NCBI RefSeq assembly: GCF_009914755.1
Contig: NC_060937.1
DNA length: 64,000 nt
Direction: 5' to 3' (one strand)
DNA from: the human T2T-CHM13v2.0 reference genome, Homo sapiens
How positions within the stretch are numbered: position 1 is the stretch's first letter; each line of letters opens with the position of its first letter. Of this stretch, positions 14,813 through 26,860 are shown in pieces. The translations under genes were made by a program, and so were the position numbers. Under the pieces are notes generated by a model. It had not been told where the DNA came from and made no database searches. It saw only the letters and a program-made list of their open reading frames with translations.

Positions 14813-14910
14813 AATGGAATTTTATTCCAATGGTTACTGACTTTTATGAGTGGACAGAACCAAATGGAATTTGGTTCCAAAGATTACTGACTTTTAGGAG
14901 GGGCAGAACC
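14813..14910. repeat. Diverged 2 x ~50-bp tandem duplication
   Basis: aatggaattttattccaatggttactgacttttatgagtggacagaacc versus aatggaatttggttccaaagattactgacttttaggaggggcagaacc. Confidence 0.85.
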
Positions 14911-15002
14911 TTAAGAGGGAGCTAAAGGGAAGCTCCCTCTACAAGCTTTCTCATCTCCCCGTCTCCAACCAGGCCCCCTTCCTCAAGCCCACCATGATTT
15001 CA

Positions 15003-15551
<549 letters not shown>

Positions 15552-15794
15552 CTAGAGACAAGCAGAGGAAGGAAGACAGGACACTTGGGTCAGCTGCCCG
15601 AGCCAAGTCGCTGCAAACGCTAATACCGCCCGCAGCCTCTTCGCCAGTATCCACGCTCAAAAGTAACTCAAGTTTGCGCGCCAGTGGGAAACTTGGCGCT
15701 CATGACTCGCCAGCGCGGGTCGAAACTCCTTCCTGATGCCCTCTCAGCTGTTTTTCTTCCCCCGCGTGGCCAGGAGGGGTAAATAATATGCAGT

Positions 15795-15804
15795 GGGGCG
15801 GGGC
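15795..15804 (+). promoter_or_regulatory. Sp1 GC box in the proximal promoter
   Basis: Perfect GGGGCGGGGC next to an AT-rich element (CATATTATTTA on minus, 15780-15790). Confidence 0.7.
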
Positions 15805-16323
15805 GTTCTGGAAGGGGTGTGCCAGGGAGGGAATGATGGGGGTCCCAGGCAAAGCTCCGAACTCTTTCACGTAACGGGAGGAATACAGACACGTCTTAGT
15901 TAAGCGTGCGTGGGAACCGCGGAATTAAGGCACCTAGAGGCCAAGGGCTTGTGTCAAGCTCTGCATTTTGCCCCGCAGGGGAACCTCTATACCCCGCGAT
16001 TGAACTCGAAAGACTCCTCCCGGCGGATGAAAGCCGCTACTCCCTGGCTGGCTGAGCTACAGCTCCCGCAGCGCGCCCAGGAGTGCGCCGGAGATTCGGA
16101 AACCCGCAGAGACTTCTCAAGTCAGCAGGAACTTGGAAACCGCTGTTCCCTCCAAACGGCTTCAAACACTCGCGCTCCTTCCTTTACCCAACCTAATTTT
16201 AATTTGCCCTCTCTATAGGCTTAATTTTTATTTTTTTAAAATCCCAAACTAGTAAGCCAAACCGAAGCCCCAGAATAAGGTTCAATCAATGATTTTAATT
16301 CAACACCAAGCCCGAATGTTTAC

Positions 16324-16542
16324 CTCTCGGATCTGACAAACCAGATGCAGAGCGACGAATGGAGACCACCTTCCCGGGAGGCGGAACCCAGCTGGGTTCC
16401 AGCCTGCTCTGGGAGAGGAGCACGCCTCCCTTGAGCTGCAGGCGGGTCCGGCTCTGACGAAACGCTGCGAGAATGCCAGACAGTGTAGCCTCCACCGTTT
16501 GCTCGGGGTCTCTGCTGCCATCAGACAAGTACTTTTATTCAT
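16324..16542 (-). CDS. EDNRB: Alternative upstream coding exon of EDNRB (N-extended 532-aa isoform)
   Basis: MNKSTCLMAAETPSKRW...CQIRE then GAG|GTAAAC. 73 codons + 17 codons (15501-15551) + 442 aa = 532 aa, matching the known long isoform. Confidence 0.88.
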
Positions 16543-18319
16543 TCATCCCTTCCCATCAATCACCGCCAGACTCCTCCCGCGCCTTCCGACCCCGCTGCAA
16601 CCTTTCCCCTTGGGCGATGCCTGGACAGCATCAGTAGTAGTTGCCCGAGGGAGGGGGGCAGTCCTCGTCCGGGGACAGGTCCCAAAAGGCTGTTTATTTG
16701 TTAGAGTTCTACGCTCTTCAAATGAACCCAAATCAAGGGCAAGTTATCACGCACCATGTGACACCCGGCAGCTCCAGACTAGAACAAGGCTCTGCACTGA
16801 ACGTGATAATTGAACTTTTAATGCCAAGTGTCACTTTTCTTTCAGGTAAATGTTCCGCCGCTGTGATATTTAAGGTTGGTTTGTGGGCGCTGCTCTTTGC
16901 TCTGCTTCATTTTGCCCTGAAGTTTCATTTCAAGCCAACATTAACCCCAACACGGAACAGCTCGATCTTTTCTTCCCAGGCCCTCTCACTGCCCCGAGAG
17001 AGGATTACAAGTACTCCTCATTTTCCCCAGTACAGCTCTTCTCCTCTCTTCCTGCCACAGTATCGGTGTTAGGCAATCTCAGGCATTTTTATACTGTACC
17101 TATGACAGACTTGATGCTTATCGGAGACATGAAAATAATCAGAAAGCTGCCATGCAAATTCAACATGATATTTATTTACCAGGTAGAGCAATACAATAAG
17201 GTCTTTCTATCCATTCTTGAGCTCCATGTTTACCGCAGAGAGGAAAATAACAGCGACTGGTAGTTTTGCCCAGAGATTGTATAAAAGAGGTCAGGAAGTC
17301 AGGCTTGGAGATGCACTGGAGAGTACTGTGCCGTTCTCCAATCAGCAAAATCCCTACTGGATCTGTGGAACTTCAAACCCAGAAGCACCCATTCCATGTA
17401 GCAGTTTCACCCAGAGACAGGAGGCTCGTTTTTTGCTTCATGTTAGTTAATGGAATAGATGGGACAAGAACCTTGGATTTTTGGCTCTTAGGCAATGCTT
17501 TCTGGGACAGTGGAAGTAGAAAATCAATTTCTATTTAAAAAGGTGAACTTTAAGTGTGAAATGTGGTTAGGAACATGGTTACGGAGTAAGGCTAAAGGAA
17601 TGAGAAATATGGTCTAGGGTTGTGAGTGCTAATTCCAAATCTGGCTATTTTGAATTGCAGTCCTTATCCTCCCTGTCTCGTAAGAACGAGGTCAACATTC
17701 AATTGCTGAGCCAAGTAACAATATACAATGTTGTCTGAATAAGGAATTATATGGAAGCTTTGGAATATGAATATTTTGCTTAGTTGACTCCACCCAGTGT
17801 TGGATCTGCCCTTCCTATACAAGCTTTGTTGGGTTCATGCCTATGGCTCCTGTGGGGTGACTTTTCTCTCTCCCCACTGGCCTTCTCATCATCTCCGTCT
17901 CCATTCAAATTTCCTCCACTGAGTCCTGGAAGTCTGCTCTAATCCTCACTGAGGTCTATCTCTTTACTTTTCTTGGAGCACTTTTGGACTGTTAACCACA
18001 ACTTAGCAAGCACTTGATCACATAAGAGACATCTATGGGTCACTATTGATTTCGTGTGACTTAATTTCTTTTACAGGACAGGGACTTGAATGAGTTATAT
18101 GTTCTTTCTGCACCATCCCACTACCTGCCACAAAATGAGCTTAAGAAATATTTTTTATAAATTGATAATGATATTTTAAAGTATTCAGTTATACTTTATT
18201 AACTGGTCATTGGGCTCAAGAATAAGGCCAAACAATTTTAAGGTAAATATACACATTCCTCATTTGGAATTTAAAACACAGTATCAGCTACTCCTTACAG
18301 GGTCTACCACCTGCATTAG

Positions 18320-18500
18320 ACACCTTTTCACAGTACCTCATTGATTCTCTGATGTTTGTCTTCCAGCTCTGTATTATTTTCTATGATGTTATAGGCAGTG
18401 AAACTGAGTCTCAGTAATTCACTTAAGGTCATGTGGCTAGTTAGTTGTGGGACCAGGATTTGGAGCTAGGATTTGAATGCATGTCTATCTGGTTACACAG
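18320..18500 (-). mobile_element. MIR SINE
   Basis: gaaactgagtctcag...cttaaggtcatgtggctagttagttgtgggaccaggattt. Confidence 0.7.
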
Positions 18501-21454
18501 ACTATGCTTTTTATTATTGTAATTGCAGAAAGCCTAAGCAAATTTTTTTCTTATTTTGGGGAAACAGTGTTCTAGACATCAGTAATATGCAATTGAAGTT
18601 TAACCTTAAATATTTCACCTTAACATGTAAAGACAACCATGTGAAATGTAAAGAATTGTTCATTGATCTTCATGAATGACTGGGTGTCAGTTTCCCCTTT
18701 TGTAAAATGGAAGAAAAGGATTAAAGTTACTTCTTGCTCCAATAAATCAGTCCGACTGACAAACTGCCTCTGTAGGAGTGTCTTAAAGTGCAGAAAAGTG
18801 GAAACAGATTCTAGGCCAATATTTTTTTTTAATGTTACTTTCATTACTCATGCCTTGAGCAGTACTGCTATGGATATAGTTTTTTTTTCATCTTATTACT
18901 TAAAATCTGTTATCGATAAATTTTATTTATGAATTCACTAGCAACTAACTACTATGTAAATTTCACTTCTATATATGAGCAAAAAGTTGTATCAAATTTT
19001 AAGAATTCCTACCTGCAAACTTGTGAACTAATTTTGCATTTATGAGAGGATTTTTTTTTTTTGGCTAGGTAAATGTGGAGTCTTTTACAAAGTTGCTTAT
19101 TTTAAACGTTTATGAAGTGTCTAGGAAATCTATCAAAATTCCAGATTGGCTAAGATCACTTCTCAAAGTTAGAAAGTTGAAGATAGACAATGTCCCAGTA
19201 TTTCCTTTAAATGCTTTATCTAGAAGTTCCTGAAGACAGGGTTTAATGCAATTCGGAATTCATTTCTCAAAGAGGTTTGCCATGGGGAGCATTCCCAAAA
19301 TAAACCTTTTCGCCTGGTGACAGAACAAAGAAAAGCCCTTTTAGCCACACAAAAAAGTTAGTACTTTCATGTAATCCTCTTGAAATGAATGTGCCCTCAA
19401 AACCTATGTTGAACTCTCTAAATCATGAATGCTGAGAGACAAGGTGTGCGAAAAACACAGAAAGAGTTGGTTCAACTGGTTCTCCACATATTCCTCTGGG
19501 ACCAGATTCAATGATCAAATAGTGGTTGAAGTAAGAGAATAAAAAAGTTTTAAAGTGACTGCAAAAGTCAATAGCAAACAGCATGAGAATTTCTATTTCT
19601 TGAGTTTTCTTTTCTATTAAGTGACTGTAGCTATCTGGATCCATGATAAAGAATCTTTTTTAATTAAGTATAATGTATGTACAGTGAAATGGACAGGGCT
19701 TAACTGCAGCTTGAAGAGTTTTGCCAAATGTTTGCAATCCTGTGACCCATACCTAAGGGGCTCTTTGAAAATTCATTTATTCTTTAAAAGTGGTAAAATT
19801 TGAATATTTTAGATTTGGACGCTATTCCTGTTAAAACGCTCATTAAGACACTATTTCTGCTTTATCAACTTATCTGATACATCTTATCAGCTTCTATAAC
19901 TAAAATGTCACTCATAAATTAGAGGTGTGATTAAATGAGAGAATCTGACATTTGAAACGTTATCAATGATTGCTTGATGGTACCAAATTACACTTCATTC
20001 CCTGATGTAATTAAAATTTGATAGGTTTAATGTAACTAGAAATAAGACTTCATTAATTCTTTTCTGCCTATAGAAAATATGAGAAACAGACAGGATACAT
20101 TCTTTTTTTCTGAGAAAAGCAACATAGTTCAGCTATTTTAGGCTATGGTCTACTTTAATTAAAATTAGACAATAATTTGCTTTCCTACTTATAACTTAAG
20201 TAATTTTTATATTCCTTTCTTTGACATATTTTTTTTCACCAATCTCAGTAAAACAAAAAATGAGTGTAACCTGGTCTACAAACTTCTTAAAACTGTTCAC
20301 AGAACTTTTGTAACAACTTTGAAAAGATATTAGAAATTCCAGTCTAAGAAGGCAGTCGGACCTGTGCCGTCTTGGTTTGTCAATGCACACTGTATTTATT
20401 AAATTATTCTTAGGCCACTCAGTAATGGAGAAAACACTATCATTACTGTATGTCAGCACAGTCTTATCATGTGTAATGCACTCTTTGGGGAGTTGTTATT
20501 TCATATGGAATATAATTTATAATGAGTTTATGTATTTTCTGTGACTCTAATTGTTTTCTTTAATTTTTACCTTTCCTTGTTTCCATTCTTTTGATACCTG
20601 AATGAAGTGTCCAAAGAGATGTGAAATAGTCAAAATAGGTTAGAAAGCAAAAAGAAAGAGAAACTTGGATCTTTAGCTATTTACTGGTAAATAAAAGAGA
20701 GGTACTTTTTTTTTTTTTTTAAAGAAAGTAAAAGTTATTTGTAGTACAGAATAGAATGTGCTAGGAGAGTCCAAAAAGGAGAATTCCCACAGCAGGCTTT
20801 TTTTCTTCTTCTTTTGTTTTTAACAACTGTACTTAATCAATGAGATACTTTAAATTTCATTTCTGCTAATTATTAAGCTCTGGTAATGGAAATACCTTTT
20901 AATCAAAATCTGCCAAAATCTGTAAAAAGTTTCCGATTATGCTTTGAGATTTAATTGTAGGGGAATAGAACTATTTGTATGAAAATTTAAAGGGAAACAA
21001 TGATTTTACTGAGTGTTTATTTACTATACATTAGATGAACAATTTAACTTTCAGGCCAAGAGTCATGGCATGCTTTTGTCAAAGCGAGGGATCATCTGGG
21101 GCTTGCAAAGCCATGCCAATTTCATAAGGCGATTTTTGCTTATCTCTTTTAGTGATGCATGTATAGCAAATTGCTTCTTCTCTTTTGGGCCCTGCTAGAG
21201 AGAACAATTATTGCTATCCGTGAAGAAAGTGATTCTGAAATGGCTTTACCAGCTGTGAATTATCCAAAGAAAATTACTCACAGAATCTCATGGGAAATGC
21301 ACAGGCGACTTACTTCTTATGAGGGCAGCAGATAATGCAAAGCTGGCATTTGAGGGGGACATGGCCAAGGTAACAGGTGCCAAGTACCCTGCAGAGAGGT
21401 AGGCAGAATATAGAAATGGGAAATCCAAGAAGCGGTTAATTCCTTGAGTATCTT

Positions 21455-22400
21455 TTAATGTGGTAAAAAAACACATAATATAAAATTTAACATCTTAACC
21501 ATTTTTTAAGTGTACACTTCAATTGTGTTAAATACATCTATATTGTTATGTAACAGATCTCTGTAACTTTTTCATCTTGCAAATTTGAAATTTGCTATTA
21601 AAGAATGATATGGTTTGGTTCTGTGTCCCCACTCAAATCTCATCTCCCATAATTCCCATGTATTGTGGGAGGGACCCAGTGAGAGATGATTGAATTATGG
21701 GGGCAGGTCTTTCCTGTGCTGTTCTCGTGATAGTGAATGGGTCTCACGAGATCTGATGGTTTTAAAAACGGGAGTTGTCCTGTACAAGCTCCTTTTTGCC
21801 TGCTGCCATCCACCTAAGATGTGACTTGCTCCTTCTTGCCTTCCACCATGATTGTGAGGTCTCCCCAGCTATGTGGAGCTGTAAGTCCAATAAACTTCTT
21901 TCTTTTGTAAATTACCCTATCCCAGATATATGTTTATCAGCAGCCTGAAAACGGACTAACACAAAGAACAACTCCCCATTTCTTCCTCCACCCAATCCCT
22001 AGCAACCACCATTTTAATTTCTGCTTCTATGAATTTGACTACTTTAGAAATCTCATACAAATGAAGTCATACTGTACTTGACTTTCTGGGACTGGCTTGT
22101 TTTATTTAGCTTAATGTCCTCAAGGTTCATCAATGGTGTAGCATATGACAGGCTAAATTATATTATTTTTAAGGCTAAATAATATCCCACTGTTTGTATA
22201 TGCCACATTTATCATAAGTCTGCAAATACCTCTTTTAATTCTTTTCTCCGTAGATCCAGAAGTGGGATTGCTGAATCATATGGCAGTTCTATTTTTTAAT
22301 AGAGGTATTTGCAGACTCATGATCATGGCAGCACCATTCACAACAACCAATAGGTGGAAACAGCCCAAACTTTATGCATGGATGAATGCACAAATAAATG
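21455..22400 (-). mobile_element. Old L1M (L1MA/MB-like) 3' fragment, interrupted by THE1A, with a locally inverted end
   Basis: acataatataaaatttaacatcttaaccattttttaagtgtac...agaagtgggattgctgaatcatatgg. Segment 22301-22400 is in the opposite orientation. Confidence 0.8.
21606..21963 (+). mobile_element. THE1A solo LTR
   Basis: TGATATGGTTTGG...GACTAACACA with 5-bp TSD AAGAA at 21601-21605 and 21964-21968. Confidence 0.9.
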
Positions 22401-23688
22401 GCTAAAAGGGGCCAACATGCAGCTCAGGCTGTGCCTTCAGAGGGTGGAAGCCCTAAGCCTTGGCACCTTCCATGTGGTATTGAGCCTGCAGGTGCACAGA
22501 AGTCAAGAATTGAGGCTTGGGAAATCTCTGCCTAGATTTCAGAAGACGTGTGGAAACGCCTGGATGCCCAGGCAAAAGTTTGCTGCAGGGGAAATGCCCT
22601 CATGGAGAACCTCGGCTAGGGCAGTGTAGAAGGGAAATGTAGGGTCGGAGCCCCCACACAGAGTCCCTACTGGGGCACCGCCTACTGGAGCTGTCAGAAG
22701 AGGGCCACCGTCCTCCAGACCCCAGAGTGGTAGATTTACCGACATCTTGCACCGTGCGCCTGGAAAAGACGCAGACAATCAATGCCGGCCCACGAAAGCA
22801 GCCAGAGGCGAGGCTGTACCCTGCAAAGCCACAGGGGCAGAGCTGCCCAAGACCATGGGAACCCACCTCTTGCCTCAGCATGACCCAGATGCGAGATATG
22901 GCATCAAAAGAGATCATTTTGGAGCTTTAAGATTTGACTGCCCTTTTGGATTTCAGACTTGCATGGGGCCGGAAGCCCCTTTGTTTTGGTCAATTTCTCC
23001 CATTTGGAATGGCTGTATTTACCCAATGCCTTTACCCACATTGTATCTGGGAAATAACTAGCTTGCTGCACACAGCATGGGGACCCTGGGACATTTTCCC
23101 CATGGTCTTTGGGATTAACATTAGGATCCTTGCTACTTATGTCAATTTCTGTAGCCGGCTTGAATGTATCCTCAAAAAATGGAGGAGAAAGAAAATGGGT
23201 TTTTCTTTTCTATTGCATCGTCAGGCTGCAAATTTTCTAAACTCTTATGCTCTGTTTCACTTTTAAAATGGAATGCTTTTAACAGCACCTAAGTCACTTT
23301 TGAATGCTTTGCTGCTTAGAAATTTCTTCCACCAGATACCCTAAATCACCTCTCTCAAGTTCAAGTTCCACATATCTCTAGGGCAGGGCAAAATGCTGCC
23401 AGTCTCTTTGCTAAAATATAATGAGAGTCACCTTTGCTCCAGTTCCCAACAAGTTCCTCATCTCCATCTGAGACCACCTCAGCCTGGACCTTATTATTCA
23501 TATCACTATCAGCATTTTTGTCAAAGCCATTCGACAAGTCTCTAGGAAGTTCCAAACTTTCCCACATTTTCCTGTCTTCTTCTGAGCCCTCTAAACTATT
23601 CCACCGCTGCGTGTCATCCAGTTCCAAAGTTACTTCACATTTTTGGGTATTTTTTCAGCAGTGCCCCACTCTGCTGTTACCAATTTAC
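22398..23688. mobile_element. THE1 internal sequence, rearranged: 22398-23066 on +, 23067-23688 on -
   Basis: THE1-int motifs (cagaagtcaagaattgagg, agagctgcccaagaccatggg, tctgagaccacctcagcctgg) with an orientation switch at ~23066. Confidence 0.85.
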
Positions 23689-24042
23689 TGTATTAGTCCG
23701 TTTTCATGCTGCTGATAAAGATATACTGAGACTGGGAAGGAAAAGAGGTTTAATTGGACTTAAAGTTCTACATGGCTGGGGAAGCCTCAGAATCAGGGCA
23801 GGAGGCGAAAGACACTTCTTACATGGTGGCAGCAAGAGAAAATGAGGAATATGCAAAAGCAGAAACCTGTGATAAAACCATCAGATCTTGTGAGACTTAC
23901 TCAGTACCATGAGAACAGTATGGGGGAAACTGCCCCCATGATTCAAATTATTTCCCGCCAGGTATCTCCAACAACATGTGAGAATTGTGGGAGTACAATT
24001 CAAGATGAGATTTGGGTGGGGACACAGAGGCAAACCATATCA
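23689..24042 (-). mobile_element. THE1C-like 5' LTR
   Basis: tgtattagtccgttttcatgctgc...caaaccatatca, contiguous with THE1-int. Confidence 0.88.
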
Positions 24043-24713
24043 GTATATAAGATAAGTACATCCCTATCTATTTATCTTCTCTGGAGAGGTTGTTGTTGAT
24101 TACCTAGTTATCTACTTCTCATAGTAGACGCCTGAGATTCAAGCATCACTGTGGGATCATTGAGCCCTCAGGTCCTAGATCTAGATGCTTGAGTAAGTTC
24201 AGAGAATCCAAAGCTGAGGTAGGTTGAGGGCTGGACTATTGAACTTTATCCTGTCTTGTTCTAGATTAACACAGTGACTGGGCTTGCCTGAAATTATATA
24301 AGAAGAGTACAAGTTGACCCATCTGGGGGTGTGAGGTTGAGGAAGTCTGTGTCTAGGAACTAGAACAAAGTTGGGTACTCATGATAAATTTAAGACAAAT
24401 TTCCGCTTTTTGACAATTTGGCAAGAAAGTAGACCTGATATGTAGGTGAATTTGACAATCAGGAACCTGATATAGGTGTATTCATATTTTTCCAATTCCA
24501 AATTAGTTGGAAAAGTCAGTGAATGATTATCATTACTGGGATGCTTTGCATGAAATTCGTCCACAGCAAGAGCTGTAACATATTTAGACTGTCACAATTT
24601 CTGTTCTTCCAGTATCTTTATCCATTCATTAATCTAGATATTCACAAGGAATAATCCATAGCTTATGATAGAGTCAAATATTTGTAAGAAAAGTGTTCTT
24701 ATTACTCAGGTAT

Positions 24714-25070
24714 TGATAAGGTCTGGCTGTGTCCCCAGCCAAATCTCACCATGAATTATAATAATTCCCATGTGCATGGGAGGGACCTGGTGTGAGGTAA
24801 TTGAATCATGGGGGTGAGTTTTTCCCATGCTGTTCTCATGATAATGAATAAGTCTCATGAGATCTGATGGTTTTATAAATGAGAGTTCACCTACACAAGC
24901 TCTCTTGCCTGCTGCCAAGTAAGAAGTGACTTTGCTCCTCCTTTGCCTTCTGCCATGATTGTGAGGCTTCCCCAGCCATGTGGATCTGTGAATCAATTAA
25001 ACCTCTTTACTTTATAAATTACCCAGTCTCACATATGTCTTTATTAGCAGTGTGAGAACAGACTAATACA
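24714..25070 (+). mobile_element. THE1B solo LTR
   Basis: TGATAAGGTCTGGCTGTGTCCCC...GACTAATACA with TSD ggtat/ggtac. Confidence 0.88.
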
Positions 25071-26649
25071 GGTACATTTAATCATTTGTATGCAAGCAAA
25101 TTAGACAAGTAATTAATGTTTTATAAAAATTTGGAGGAATAAGACATCACTTTTATTATATATATGAGTGGGGGCTTACTTCATATTTTATTATACTATC
25201 ATCATATTTTAAAGCTGTACTGTTAACCACTGTCTTATATCAAGAAGCAAGTAACCTGATATTTGGTGATTTTGATTTTCCACTAAGAGGTACACTTAGG
25301 AAATATTTCATTCCCTTTATTTATCACAGGGTGGTTTCAGTATTGTTACCAAATATTTTGTACATATTTTTTCATGATACTATTTTTTTGGTGTAAAATT
25401 AGCTAAAGAATATGATATTTTAAGGAGTTTCGTTTTCAAGAGGAATGTCTTTCCTGAAAATGTTTACCACTGGAGGGATCAACAATGTGTTTGGCTTAAA
25501 ATTAGCCCTAACAACACATTTAAGTTATTTAATCTAAAATATATAAATGCCAATGAATTTGCCAGAAAAATACAACTGGCCTTTTTCCTTCGGAATTCCA
25601 GACATAACACAGCTTCTCTGAAGTCAAGAGAAGATCAAGTCTGAGAACAATGCTATTCTTACCTTTACTCTAGGGAAAAGCTGAATTTGCTCTAGGGATA
25701 AGAAGCAAAGACAAAATGCCATTGTCTTAGTGACGTTTTCACCAAATCATTTAAGAAGAACTTCCAAAGTATTTCCCAAAATATGTCTAATGCTTAATTT
25801 AAAAATAACAAAAAACATCTTCCAACCTCTCACTTTTAAATCATTTTTTATAGTGATTAAATTTACTTAAGTTCTAGGCCATTAACAAAAGATGAAGTGG
25901 CATCCAAAGTAGGCATTTTCAGTTGAGAAACTCAGTCCTATTTAAACGTTCATCAGCTATAAATTTTAGGTTCAGACGTTGATGAAGGTCAAAAGGTTAG
26001 TGATTCATTTCCTGTACTTGTCACTCTGCTGCTTGTTATGACACATTTCTGGAAGTGACTGACAACAGAAATAATCACTCAAAGGTCTCAATTGTGTGAC
26101 ATGAGCAAATATATTTTAGGCTCCAAACCATGAATTGTTTTGATTATTAGAAATCCTCATAGCATACAAATAAGAGGACCAAAATATACAGGGCCTTATC
26201 TTCCCAAACAGTCACCTATAGGACGTAGGGAGAAGAAGGAAAGATAAATGTATAAGGTCTGGTCATGGTAGATGCACCTTTCCATCTATACATATGTGAG
26301 AATATTCTTTGATATTTCCAATATTTTGTTGGCATCAGCTTGATCTCATAATGTAACGTATGTCCTCTTTAGGTGGCCTTTATTTTCCTAAGAGAACATT
26401 ATCATAGATTTCCCCTTCTGTAACTAATAGTTGCCATTAAGATTTGGGGACTAAGATCTGTCTATGTTAGAGCAATGAAATATCAGCTATCTTAGTTCTT
26501 CTGAAGGTTAGATGCTGGTTCACGCCCTGAAAACCCATTTGTACAAGGCGGGTGACTATTCCAACACTTTCATGCTAACAGCCTTCCACTTAAACCTCTG
26601 GTCAAGAAACAGGAAAGAATCATGCCCTTTTGCAAGGAAAGGAGTCTGG

Positions 26650-26860
26650 GAAAGAGGAGAGCATGGACTTCAGGAACGCTGACTCCTGGCCATTTACCTA
26701 CCTGAGAAGCCTTATGCAAATCATTTTACCTCGATATATCCTCTGGGTAAAAGAAAGGGTAAGAATAGTGTCTCCATTGTGAGATTTAAATTCTATTATG
26801 TTTGCAAATCATTCAGTATAGTGCGTGGAATACAGTGACTGTCTAGGAAATGTCAGAGAT
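26650..26860 (+). mobile_element. MIR SINE
   Basis: gagcatggacttcagg...ccttatgcaaatcattttacctc...gtgagatttaaa. Confidence 0.6.
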
